Assembly (NCBI RefSeq): GCF_009914755.1
Contig: NC_060927.1
From: the human T2T-CHM13v2.0 reference genome, Homo sapiens
Strand: one strand, 5' to 3'
DNA length: 64,000 nt
The translations under genes and the position numbers were made by a program. The notes under the pieces were generated by a model. It was not told where the DNA came from. It saw only the letters and a program-made list of their open reading frames with translations, and did not search any database. Below, one piece after another: positions 1 through 13,763 of the stretch. Positions within the stretch are counted from its first letter, which is position 1; the number at the start of each line of letters is the position of its first letter.

Positions 1-204
<204 letters not shown>

Positions 205-419
205 TTATCCTATGCTTTAGTCTACCCTTAAACTCTGTTAATATTTTAGCTTCAAGAGGCATATAACACAGGCGAAACTCAGCAAACTAATGAAAAGCCT
301 AGAAAATGATTAATAACTCAACTGACTGGTCAAGGGATGCAGGCTCCCAGGAGTTCCTCAGAAACCCAGGCAGGCTGCTTTCTAGCTCTCATGAGCGAGC
401 CTCTCCCACCTGCCAGGTC

Positions 420-585
420 TCGCGCTGAGTGCTTTAGCAAGTTATTGCATCGAACCTTTACAGTAACTCATTTCTGATGAGAAACTGGAGTCCAGAGAGG
501 GCAGTTGACTTGCCAAAGCTAAGAAATGAAAGAATTGAGATTTGCACCTGGCCTGTTGGATTCAAGAGCCTGAGTGCTTTCCGCC
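420..585 (-). mobile_element. MIR SINE fragment
   Basis: GATGAGAAACTGGAGTCCAGAGAGGGCAGTTGACTTGCC resembles the antisense MIR core; ends approximate. Confidence 0.7.
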
Positions 586-811
586 AGACACAATTCACTG
601 CCAGCGTCCACAGTCCCCGGATAATTCAGCTGAGGGCAAAAGCCAGTGAGTATCATGACCCCTGGGAGAGAACGAGACCAGAGGACAGCTTTAGAAAATG
701 ATCCTCTTGCCCCATGAAGAGAAATGCCCACGAGTGACTCAGGACCAGCCTTCAGGTCAGTCCTGAGCCTCTGAGCAGCAGTGAGCAAGGCCAAATGGGC
801 AGAGGAGATGA

Positions 812-1355
<544 letters not shown>

Positions 1356-3103
1356 TGTATACATTATACCAGTTCTTATTAATTTTTAGAAAAATGACAA
1401 GAGGAAAGAAAAGAGAAAGAACACAGAAGTGTCAGCATGGGGAGGACTGCCTCTGTGCCTGCCACCCGAAAGCCTCTGGACTTCCCTAGCCCCTGGCTCT
1501 GCAGGGCTTTGAAAAGATGTCCGCGCATTTGTTAATTCTTAACCCTAACTTAGTGAAGCAATGCCAGCTGTTGGCTTAGTTCGTGTGGGGATTGGGAAGG
1601 GCATCCAGTGACGAGACAAGATCTTCATCCTCCTGGACCTTCCCCCAATCTGGTGAGGGTCATAAGATGTGCACACACGCCACCGCCACCACCTGGGCAT
1701 GGCTGTCCCATCGGGCTTGACCTGGAGAAGGAGCAGGCTGGGGATATTAGAAGCCATGTGGGCGGCGCTTCATGCCGCCCTTGTGAGAAGGAGCCATGAG
1801 GTGGTAAAAGCCCTCGAGTGTTAGTCCCCAAATTCCATTTGGCTCAGTCATGCGCAGTGAACATGTGAATGTCGAGTGTGTCTGACCTTCTGTAAATGTA
1901 GAGCATTTCAAGAAAAATCGCAAAAAAAAGGCCACCAGGAAGCCCCTCAGCTTCTTCACTTCTTGACGTCTACCTTCCACTCTTCCCTGAAGCGGTCAGT
2001 ATCACTCAATGTCTGCTGAACCACCTCTGGCTCCCAGAGAGGGGCGGCAGGTAAGGGGGTGCTTTCCATTCCCAGGGCCGGAAGAGGACAGTCATGCTCC
2101 CTGGGTCTCCTTCAGCCTCTTGTGGGGATGTGCCCAGGGCCTACCCACACAGGACACAACCAGACCCAGGGTTTCTGAGGATGGGGTGGGCCCTGGCTGA
2201 ACATCTCGTGTCCTGGCACTAAGGGTCGTGCCTTGACAAGGACTCCATCACTTCCCTGTTTGAAACAAACAGCTCTTTTGGAGCATGGATACTCCCAGTC
2301 AAATGTTTTAGGAGGAAAACAAATTTCATCTTCTTTCCTGATGTGATGTTTTCTATGGGGCTAAGGGTGTGGGGTGCAGGTTTCTGGCTCTGAGGCAGGT
2401 CATGTCCTTGCAGGAACAGGGGCGTGCTTCTGCGGAAGCTGACTTTATAAATGGCTCACGGTCATGGCCCTGGAAGAGCCTGGCGCCTGCCCGATGTCTG
2501 GTCTGGAGAATCCATCAGGTCTGTGCCATGATGCCTGCAGCTGAGAATGAGCCGTCTCACCCTGAGTTCCCTCCACGCTGTCTGCTGGGGTGGAAGGCAG
2601 GAACAGCACAGCCTGTGATGGAAGCCTGCCCGTCCAGGGGTGGAGGTATGGGAAGACAAGGTCGTGCACTGGCCTCCCACCTGCGGGGCAGCTTTTGCGC
2701 AAGGGCTTCAAAGGTTGCAAGTCACAGTTATTTTCCAAGCCTCCTACCTTCCTTGAAGAGGTGCCCCAGATCCTGTTAGTGTCTTCCCAGCAGATGGGCC
2801 CCTTCTCCTGACTCACGGTGTGATCCGGAACTTCCTAAGTCTCCTACCTCCTCAGGCTCCAGTTGGCAAAAAGGGAAAGAGGCCACCCTAGTTCTAGCCT
2901 TGTGGTCCCCATAGCAGAAATGGAGGAAGGGCTCAGCATTCAGAGTCCCGAGCTTTTACACGAGGCCTCAGAGCTCAGTGCCCAGGCCCGACCTCTGCTT
3001 CCAAAGACATAGAAAAGTCAGGATGGAGAGACCTTACATGTGATCTGGCCTATCGCCTCGCACATACCAGCCGAGCTTCCATAATGACATCCACCCTCTA
3101 TGC

Positions 3104-3330
3104 AACACTTCCTAAGTGCCAAGTACTTTACTGGCTGGCTTTTTCATGGAATAGTTCACTTAAGCCTCTGGAGTAACATTATAAGCTAGCAGTTATCCAT
3201 CCTGCTTTCAGATGAGGACACTGGAACTCAGAGACCTTACTGCATTTGCGTTGTTCAATGTCACACTGCCCCTACAAAGCATTGTCAAGGATCCGATTCC
3301 ATAGCCATTCGATTCCAAGTTTCATGTTCT
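3104..3330 (-). mobile_element. MIR SINE
   Basis: TTTCAGATGAGGACACTGGAACTCAGAGA antisense core. Confidence 0.65.
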
Positions 3331-3359
3331 CTTTTTGTGCTGCTTCTCTGTGCACCCTC

Positions 3360-3560
3360 CTTAAATACTGGTCTAGAATACTTCCAGTGATGGGAAACTC
3401 ACTACATCCCAAGGCCACCCACTCTGTCACTGTGCTCTTTACAAAACACTAAAGTCTTTCTAAAGGTCCCACCACCTGGTCCTAATTCTAACTCCCACCA
3501 AGTTCCAAAAACCTTATCTGTGTCCTCTGGCCTCCCAGCAGCCTTCCACTGTGTGATAAA
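3360..3560 (-). mobile_element. L3/CR1 LINE fragment
   Basis: CTTCCAGTGATGGGAAACTCACTACATCCCAAGGC resembles the antisense CR1/L3 3' region. Confidence 0.5.
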
Positions 3561-4009
3561 GACTCTCGTTCCCCACAGCTCTTCTGGAGGCTGCCCCGCC
3601 TCCCTGCACCCCCAGCTCCATAGAGGACAGAAATCCACATCCCCTCACTATTCTCATCTGTTGCCTCTAGACATCATTGTCTGTGCCCTCCAGAGAGGGT
3701 TCTGGAACAGATCCTATGGCAGGAGACTTGGGAATCTCATAGGCGGCTTGCTTCATGTTTTACAATGCTATGTTTATTTGTATTATTTTACTTACTTTTT
3801 AACTATAAATGTAATCCATGAACCCAGTTAAAAATATTCCAAGAGCACAGGTGGATCTGAGGAAAAAGTAAACATCTCCTCTCATTCTCTTCCAAACCCA
3901 GTACCACTCCGCAGAAGAAACCTCTGTTGAAAGTTTCTGTTTTTATTTCTTGTGGTAATTCCTATTATAATTAAAAAAAAAAAAGCTTTTATTTTCTTGG
4001 CTTATCTTT

Positions 4010-4310
<301 letters not shown>

Positions 4311-4825
4311 TTGGCTTATCTTTAGATAGTAACGTTTGACTCCCCTTTATGGAGGATTAGGAATTCAGCACCCTCACAACACCTCTTGCCTCTCCATGTC
4401 ACAGCCCAATTTTATTATTTATATCGCTCTTTTTAATTGTTTTAGTGATTACTCCTATTACTTTCAATAATCTACCTAAAAATCTGCCTTGATTTATTCA
4501 CTTTATACAGCATTCCTTAACTCCCCACTGTGAAAGGTGAGGGTAGCAGTGAAGCCCTCTTTTTCCTACCTCTCTTGCACTAACTCCTGATGGTCTAATA
4601 ATGTTTCATAATTTCAAGGTTTGTAACATTTGCATGCTTATTCTGTGGCTATTGAAGTGTTAAAGTTTGAAAACCAATGAACAGCATTGTGAACATATGA
4701 ACCTTTTTTACTGAAGAGCCAAATAATACGATCAGACCTAGAGAGAAAAAGAAAATGTAATTCACTGTCATGATCCCTGTGACATTCTCAGGAGGCTCTT
4801 CTATGGAGTGAAGAGTCTAGTGGAG

Positions 4826-5393
4826 TGTAATGGTTCATTTTATGTGTCCACTTGACTGGGATATGGGTTACCCAGATAGCTGGTAAAACATTATTTCTGA
4901 GTGTGTCTGGGAGGGTCCTTCCCGAGAAGAGATTGGCATTTGAATTGGTAGACTAAGTAAAGATGGCCCTGAGCAATGGGGGTGGGCATCATTTAATCCA
5001 TTGAGGACACAAATAGAGCACAAAGGCAGAGGAAGGGTAATTGACTCCCTCTTCTTCAGCTGGGCCGTCCATCTTCTCCTGCCCTCAGATATTACAGCTC
5101 CTGGATCTCAGGCCCTGGGAATCCAGGATTTGCACCAGCAGCACCACCAGGCATTTGACCTCATGGCCTCAGACTGGGAGTCTATACCATCGGATCGCCT
5201 GGTTCTCAGGCCTTAAGACTACAACTGAGTCACACCACTAGCTTTCCTGGTACTCCAGATTAGAGATGGTATTTCATGAGACTCTTCAGCCTCTATAATC
5301 ACAAGAGCCAATTTTCATAATAAATCTCCTTTTATGTCTGTCTATCTATCTATTCTATTGGTTGTGTTTCTCAGGAGAACCTTGACTAATACA
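4826..5393 (+). mobile_element. MLT2B-like (ERVL) solo LTR
   Basis: Starts TGTAATGGTTCATTTTATGTGTCCACTTGACTGG, has AATAAA, ends GGAGAACCTTGACTAATACA; 5-bp TSD TGGAG/TGGAA. Confidence 0.85.
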
Positions 5394-5455
5394 TGGAAAT
5401 TCTTATTTTTCTTTCCACTTTTTTCACTGCTTCTGGGTCAATTCCAGCTGCACAG

Positions 5456-5756
5456 TTTTTGTTTTTGTTTTTCTGAGACGGAGTCTTGCTCTGTCGTCCA
5501 GGCTGGAGTGCAATGGCATGATCTTTGCTCACTGCAACCTCTGCCTCCCAGGTTCAAGCAATTCTCCTGCCTCAGCCTCCCCGAGTAGCTGGGATTACAG
5601 GTGCCTGCCACCATGCCCAGCTAATTTTGTATTTTTAGTAGAGATGGGGTTTCACCGTGTTGGTCAGGCTGGTCTTGAGCTTCTGACCTCAGGTGATCCA
5701 CCCACCTCGGCCTCCCAAAGTGCGGGGATTACAGGTATAAGCCACTAGGCCTGGCT
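5456..5756 (-). mobile_element. Full-length Alu (AluSx-like) within a T-rich tract
   Basis: Both arms antisense; (T)nG-rich tracts on both sides. Confidence 0.95.
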
Positions 5757-5900
5757 TGTTTTTTTTTGTTTTTTGTTTGTTTGTTTTGTTTTTTTGTTCT
5801 TGTTGTTGTCTCTCATGTCATCCTCCTTTAAAATTCTTTTTTAGTTTTGCTAGAGTACTTTCTCAAAATCTGTTTTCATTTAAGAGGCATGACTGGTAAC

Positions 5901-6450
5901 TGTGGTAGGCTCCCAAAATATATTCACATCCTAATCCCTGGAGCCTGTATTAGTTTATGTGGCAAAAAGGGGTTTTTGCAGATGTGACTAAGGATTTTGA
6001 GATGGGGAGATGATCCTGCATTGATCAAGTGGGCCCTAAATACAATCACGGATTTTGAGATGGGGAGATGATCCTGCATTGATCAAGTGGGCCCTAAATA
6101 CAATCACAAATATCTTTACAAGAAAGAGGTAGATGGTGGTTTCTCACACAGACACAGACGAGAAGGTGATTTGAAAATGGATCAGGGAGAGATTTGAAGA
6201 TGCCAGCCTTAAAGATCAGAGTGGCGCAGCCATAAGCCAAAGAATGCTTGCTCCCAGGAGAGTTGGAACAGGGAAGGGAGGGTTCTCTCCTAGAACCTCC
6301 AGAGGGAGCCTGGCACTGCCTATGCCTGGATTTTGGCCCAAGGATACTAACTTCAGACTTCTGTCCTCCAGGATGATGAGAGAATACATTTCTGGTGTTT
6401 TAAGCCACCAGGTTTGTGGTAATTTGTTACAGCAGCCACGGAAAATGGAT
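5901..6450 (+). mobile_element. MLT1 (MLT1D-like) MaLR LTR
   Basis: Starts TGTGGTAGGC; contains TTTGCAGATGTG, GAGATGGGGAGAT, TTTTAAGCCACCAGGTTTGTGGTAATTTGTTACAGCAGCC. Confidence 0.85.
5992..6107. repeat. Perfect 58-bp tandem duplication (2 copies)
   Basis: GGATTTTGAGATGGGGAGATGATCCTGCATTGATCAAGTGGGCCCTAAATACAATCAC at 5992-6049 and 6050-6107, identical. Confidence 0.97.
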
Positions 6451-6469
6451 AGAGGGATAGAATAACATT

Positions 6470-7560
<1,091 letters not shown>

Positions 7561-7899
7561 AGAAAGTAGGCAGAAGGGTGTGAGTTCAGAAAACACACTT
7601 GAATTTCAAAACAGGGGCACATGTACAGTTTGGAAACTATATGTATCCATGAAGAGATAAACATACCCCACAGTTTGAGGAAACTCCAAAGGTGATTCTG
7701 TTGCAAGTCATGCCCTACCCCCTACCAACACTCCATCTCCATCCACACACTTTGAGAATCAGTGGCCCAAATCGGTGATCTGAAAGAACATTGAAATCCA
7801 CTAGAGAAATTTTATAAAGTATCTGGGCCTAGGCATCCCGAGGTAAAGCTAGTGCATGCTCAAGATTGTGAATCCCTGGAAGAGACTCTCCATGAGGCC

Positions 7900-8066
7900 T
7901 TGTCTTTGTAACTGTGGTCCATGGACCAGCAGTGTCGGCATGGCCGTGGAATGCATTAGATGTACAGAATCTCAGCCACCTCCCCTGACCAATGTTCCAA
8001 ATCAGACTCTGCGTTTAAAAGAGTTCTCAGCGACTGGTAGGCACATTAAAGATGGCAAGCACCGCT
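7900..8066. mobile_element. MER5-type hAT-Charlie MITE
   Basis: TGTGGTCCATGGACCAGCAG...AGAATCTCAG...AATCAGACTCTGCGTTT...CACATTAAAG pattern typical of MER5A/B. Confidence 0.65.
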
Positions 8067-9240
8067 TTATGGGAGATTATAAAGCAGTGTGGTATATTTC
8101 GAGTGGGACCTCCAGAGCCTGGTAGAGCTGAACTTGAATCCCGACTCTTGCTTAACTAATTCATGAGCACTGGCTACGGAGCACTCAGCACAGTGCCTGC
8201 CGCTGCCAGAGGCTCGACAACATTCTTCCCTCCCTCGGCTACTTCTTCCAAGATTCTTTTTCAGGTCTAAGAGAGTGTGGCTCTTCAGCAGAAATATTGC
8301 TCCAATGCCTTCATTCCTCTCCTGTCTGTAAAGCAGCTGATTGATCACACTCTTTGATCTTTCCCCTCCTGGTACCATCATGTCACTCTCTCTAGCACTG
8401 TCTTAAACGATGGCTTCTGGTCTCACTTGCAAAACTTAATATCGAAATGCTTTTGATATTCAAGCTTCTTTGAAGTCAACCCAATCTGTATTCCAGAGTT
8501 AAAAAGACGTTCCGCATCATAGCTCTTCCGCATAGGAATCTGGAGTGTCTGTCGGAAAGACAGCTGTGCTCTCTGCTCTGCTGGTTCCATTTTCCCTGCG
8601 AGCTCCCTGAAGAAGCATGGAAATCAATTCCACATCAGATGACACCTTTCTGCGGCTGCAATTCATGTTAAGGACACCTTTGATTCAGTACCAATTCGCT
8701 CTTATGGAGCTCACAGCGAACTTCCTCTTGTACTTTCTAATGTGTCCACAGTCCCCCAAGCCACGCTTGAAGCTTGGGTTCAAGACAGAGATGTCTGTTT
8801 CTGTTTTACAAATGAGCAAGCAACTACAGAGAGGCTGGGACACTTTCCAAAGAAGAAGCACACAGGATTTTGATGAGCCTAAGTTTCTTAACCAGATCAG
8901 TGTTCCAAGAAAATGAGAGGAAATCCTGTCTCCAGCAGCTGGTAGCATCAGGTCTGGAGATAGTTAACCAGCCAGCGTCCCCTTCCTGATGATCCAGGCA
9001 CTTCAGGAATCACCATCTGCAGCTGGTGAAAGCAAATCACCAGGTGACCGTTTCTAGGAAGAACTCTTGCTCTCTCTTTGTCTTCCTCTCTCTCTGCTCT
9101 CCTCCTCGTGCTAACTCAGGGGGCACTCTCTTTCCCAAGTCATAGACACAGAGCTTGCTTCACACATGGGTACTCATCACTTGTCATAATCGCCCAAGGA
9201 CCCCGAAAAGGGTCACGCAATGTGTGCTCATCCCAAATCT

Positions 9241-9340
9241 GCTCTCTCTCTGTCTCTGTCTACCTCTGCCTGTCTATGTCTGTCTGTCTGTCCATCTCTA
9301 TCTCTCTTCCTCTCTCTCTTACATACATACACACACTTAC
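9241..9340. repeat. Degenerate (CT)/(GTCT)/(CA) low-complexity tract
   Basis: CTCTCTCTGTCTCTGTCT...GTCTGTCTGTCC...CATACACACAC. Confidence 0.8.
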
Positions 9341-9443
9341 AGGAAAACCACCTAGAGCTTCTCTCAACCGCTTTTGGGTAGGACTAGAGGGCTGTCCCGT
9401 TGGCAGAAGAAAAATGGGGAGAAGCCATTGCTCCACTATGTTA

Positions 9444-9620
9444 GAACAATGTTCCTAAGTCTTTAACATGCACACGAATCTCGGTGGCGGGGAGGGTCTC
9501 GTTCAATGTCAGATTCTGGCTCAGCAGGCCCATGGCCGGGTCTGAAATTCTGCATTTCTAATAAGCTTCTAGTGGTGCTGAAGCTGCTGGTCTATGGGCC
9601 ACATGTTGAGTAGCAAGAGA
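9444..9620. mobile_element. MER5-type hAT-Charlie MITE
   Basis: CAGATTCTGGCTCAGCAGG...TCTGCATTTCTAATAAGCT...GCTGCTGGTCTATGGGCCACA. Confidence 0.7.
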
Positions 9621-9819
9621 TTAGAATGAACTCCCCATCCTGTGGGGATCTGTAGGGGTTACAAGAGGAGGCAGAAGTAGCCCAGGAGAGAGAGCCTGCA
9701 GGACGCTGCCTGTTGAGGATGGATGCCCAGAAGGCCCGTGTCTCCTCGTGATTCTGCCACTATGCCTGCTCCATCAATTCAGAAGATGGATACTGACAAG
9801 ATACAATTAATTTAATGTA

Positions 9820-10450
9820 TTCGGCAGAATGTGTCAGGAAGTCAAAGAAAAAACTCCATGCACATCTCAGTAAGGACTGTTAAGACATTTGATAACATTT
9901 ACATCGATTTCTGAAATAAAGGGAAAATATACTCCCTTTATATGATAATCTCTCTTCTAAACCAACTTCAAACATAACACCTAATGGCCGTTACTAGAAA
10001 CAATCTTATTAAAGTCAAGGACAGGCAAGAATATCTGTTAATTAACACTCTTCTAAAATGTGGGACCAAAGCATGTAAACCAGAAATAAAAAGTGTAGCT
10101 ATAGAAAAGAAAGAGGAGACACAGTTATAATTTGCAGATGGTATAATCATCATCCCATAAAACCTAAGACTCATCGGAAAATTCTTGGAATTAATGAAAG
10201 AGCTTGATGAAGTAATAGAATACATAAGAAGCATAAAAAGCAATAACTTTCATGCACACATATCTAGTGATCAGTTCAGGAATATGTGTGAAAGTTTCCT
10301 TTCACACAGGACAATGAAAATAAGACCAAAATGTAGAAATTAACGTCAATTGTTCATTTTAATTTTAATTAGTTAACAATCAATAAAACATAAAACTTTA
10401 CAAAGAGATATAAAAGACTTGGGTGTGGTGAGGACACCCGTGCTTCCAAA
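9820..10450 (+). mobile_element. Old L1M ORF2 (reverse transcriptase region) fragment
   Basis: A-rich; TTTGCAGATGGTATAAT is a decayed FADD-motif codon run followed by AAAACCTAAGACTC. Confidence 0.7.
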
Positions 10451-10799
10451 TTTTGTTACTGTTGTCTCTTCTGCTGTACTATTTGTCCTTGTACATTTAT
10501 GCCTTGAAAAAATCCAATATGTTGTCTCTAATGTTATCAGACAGCAATCAGCTAAGGGGCCTGGATGAAATAAACCACCGGTTTTGACTGTATATATTAC
10601 AGCGCAAATCCACTACCAAGAGAAATGAGGAGGGAGAAGAAAAAAGCAGGGGATGGGAGGAAAAGAGAGTGTGGTTTAGGCCATAGGGGGGTTTTGTGGG
10701 GGGAGGGGAACGTGGGATATTTTTTCTCTTAAATGACATCTTCTAAGAAGGTGCATCTCCTTTGCAAGAATGTATCTCCTTTGCAAAGCAAGCTGACAC

Positions 10800-11230
10800 T
10801 AAGTAACAAGAGTCCTGAAAGTATTCAAACTCTTTAACCCAACAATCTCACCATTTGAATCTATCCCAAGGAATAACTTTAAAATCTCAAATAAACCTCA
10901 TAACAAAGATGTTCACCAAAACATATTTATGATAACAAAAAAATGAAGATAATTTAAATGCCCAACAGTGGAAACGTTTCAGGAGCCTATAGTGCATCTA
11001 TTTGGTGAGACATGTTACACAATCATTGAAAACAATGCTTGCCAAGTGTGATAAAAACACAGGAAACATTCACCTTCAACAAAAAGGCTGCATAAAATTC
11101 AATATGTACCATCCTCAAAAACATTAAAAAGCTTTGCCTAGAAAAGGAATGAAAGGACATGCCCCAAAATGTTAACACTGAGTAGTTTTAATTTTCTCTG
11201 TTTCTACTTTTCTAAAATGAGCAAGTATTT
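10800..11230 (+). mobile_element. Old L1ME 3' fragment
   Basis: CTTTAACCCAACAATCTCACC...TATCCCAAGGAA...ACAAAGATGTTCA...AAATGCCCAACAGTGG. Confidence 0.65.
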
Positions 11231-11234
11231 CCTC

Positions 11235-12080
11235 TTAAAGTATACAATCCAATGGTTCAGTATATTCAGTCTGTGCAACCACTGCCAACATCAATTTTAG
11301 AACATTTTCATCATCTCAGAAATAAACCCTATACATTTTGGCTATCACCCTCAGCCCCCAATCCCCTCAGCCCTGAGCAACCACTAAGCTCTGGGTCTCT
11401 TTATAGATTTTCTTATTCTGGATATTCCGTATAAATGGAATCATACAATACGTGGCCTTTGGTGACTGGCTTCTTTCACTTCCTTCAAGTTTCATCCGTG
11501 TTGAGGCATGTATTAACACGTTATCCCTTTTGATGGCCAAATAATATTCCATTGTATGGATGTACCATATTTTGTTTATCCATTCATCAGTATATAGGCA
11601 TTTGGGTTATTTCTACCTTTTGGCTATTATGAATAATGTGGCTCTAATCATTTATGTACAAGTTTTTGTACAAAATGACAAATATTTTCATTTCTCTTGG
11701 TCATATCCCTAGGGAATAGAATTGCTAGGTCATATGGTTACTCTCTGTTTACTCTTTTGAAGAATGGCCAGACTGTTTTCCAAAGTGTGTCCCCCATTTT
11801 ACATTCCCACCAATAGTTTATGAGGGTTCTGTATATCCTCACCAACTCTTATTGTTATCTGTCATTTTTATTATAGCCTTCCTATTGGGCATGAAGTGGT
11901 ATCCCATTGTGGTTTTGGTTTATATGTCCTTGATGGTTAATGGCATTGAGTATCATCCATGTTCTCAATGGCATTTTGTATATTTCCTTTGGAAAAAGAA
12001 TAAACACTTATATCCTTTGCCTGTTTTTTAATTGGGCTATTTGTCCTTTTATTTTATTATAGAGTTGCAAATATTTCTTC
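11235..12080 (-). mobile_element. L1MB-type 3' end
   Basis: TATAAATGGAATCATACAATACGTGGCCTTT, ATATTCCATTGTATGGATGTACCA, TTACATTCCCACCAA; antisense ORF MEYYLAIKR matches the L1 3' region. Confidence 0.85.
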
Positions 12081-12259
12081 TTGCTTTGATGTTGTTATTT
12101 TTTATCGGGCTTTTTTTTTTTTAGACATTCTTTTGATCTTTTGACAAATCAGAGAGCCCAGCTCAACTTCTCACACACTCTCCAGGTATTTTTTAAGAAA
12201 CGAAACATTTTGGTACAAGCCAAAATGTTGTTCTCTAGGTAGCAACTAATTGTGGCAGA

Positions 12260-12880
12260 CATTTGTCTGTTTTGTGCTTGTTGTTGGTTTGATGGCCCAG
12301 CATCTGGAACCCTTCTTGTGTTTGTGAATTTACTACCTCACGAGTATTTGTAGGAAGCAGAGCCCTTCCTCCACGATGGATGCCAAGAAGGCCAGATTTG
12401 TGCTTTTTCCAGTGTCTCCTGCAGCTAGGACACGAGAGCATGGCTTAGACTCAGCCAGTCAGATTCCTACCTGCCCCAGATGTGTGCTAGGATCTGCTGA
12501 GGGGAGGCAGGAGGGTCACCAGGAAAAACATTGCAGGGATGGCTGGACCTGTGATGGTAACATTGTACAGAGGGGTGGCAGCAGGGGCAGCAGTGTGAGT
12601 GCCCAGCGTCACAGGTGCTGGTGGCAGTGGAGTGGCAGCCATGCCAGCTGAGGCTCTGTTTCCCAGCAGATGTGACAGCGGCATCCTCTCTGCCTGGTTC
12701 TGAGCTGTGGTTTGGTGTAAACCTGAGTGCTGCTAGCCTTTCTGCTCCAGCCCATTTTATAAGCTCAGTCCTGCATCTTTCCCAGTGATATGGTAAAACA
12801 TCCAAGATTGGGAAGTTTCTTTTTGTTTTAAATTAGCATAATTGCTTTCTACCATTGCTATTAAGAAGCTTGACTAGCCA
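12260..12880 (+). mobile_element. ERVL LTR (LTR33-like)
   Basis: GGCAGCAG-rich middle, CTCAGCCAGTCAGAT, LTR33-like 3' end TTTTAAATTAGC...AAGAAGCTTGACT. Confidence 0.55.
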
Positions 12881-13278
12881 AAGATGATGTTCCTTTTCCT
12901 GAGAAATGCCACATGCAATGGGACACTCAGAATCGAAAGAGATAACAACCACTTTGGACTGTATTTAGTATGAGAAGCTCAAACAGATGCTAGGCTCAAC
13001 TGATCCCCAACAAATATTCTAGTTGTCAAAGCAACCCCTGCAGGCACCAAAGCACTCCAACCTAGACACAACCTGGGTAAGAATGATTTACTGTTGTACA
13101 GAGAAATAGTTTAAACACACAGAAGCAAAAGAATGTCTTGTCTACGGTGGTACAGAGTCCTGATGTATGAATCCAAAATATGGCCCTTATAGCATCGGGA
13201 AGTAACCAGTTTCGTGGCCCAGCTGGACCAAATGCTGGTATCGACTGGGTGTGTTATAGGCAGAACGCATGATTCTCA

Positions 13279-13763
13279 GGTGGCAGCTAGCCTCCACGAT
13301 GGCCCCTAATGATTCTAATGTCCTGGCATTCAAACCCTATGTGGTCTCCCTTCTCACGTTGAATCAGAGCTGCTCTGGATGACAAACAGAAATGACAGAA
13401 GCTACAGTGCATGGCGTCCAACGCTAGGTCATAAAAGGTACTGCAGCTTCCTCCTTGGCCTTTGGATGGCTCACCCAGTATGGGGAAAGCTGGCCACTGT
13501 ACTGGGAAGACACTCAAGCAGCCCTGCAGGCTGGAGAGGAACTGAGGCTCCCACCAACAGCCAGTCCCCAGTCCCCCGCCATGACAGTGAGCCACACTGT
13601 CCTCCAGCATCAGAAAAGCCTGTAGAGGACTGCAGCCCTGCCTGACATCTGATCACAACCTCTGGAGAGACCCCAAGCAGGAACTGTCCAGCTCAAGCTG
13701 CCCCTGCCTTCTGGATCCTCTAAAGGTTGGGTGATTTGTTATGCAGAAATGGATACATAATAC
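13279..13763 (+). mobile_element. MLT1F-like MaLR LTR
   Basis: GCTAGGTCATAAAAGG, GAGGAACTGAGGCTCCCACCAACAGCC, GACTGCAGCCC, ends GATTTGTTATGCAG...TAATACA. Confidence 0.8.

Noticed and set aside
10745-10787. Very short duplications (ATCTCCTTTGCAA x2 here; similar at ~24845, ~32973 and ~60973)
   Set aside because: Two-copy 9-20-bp slippage events are common and carry no evident motif
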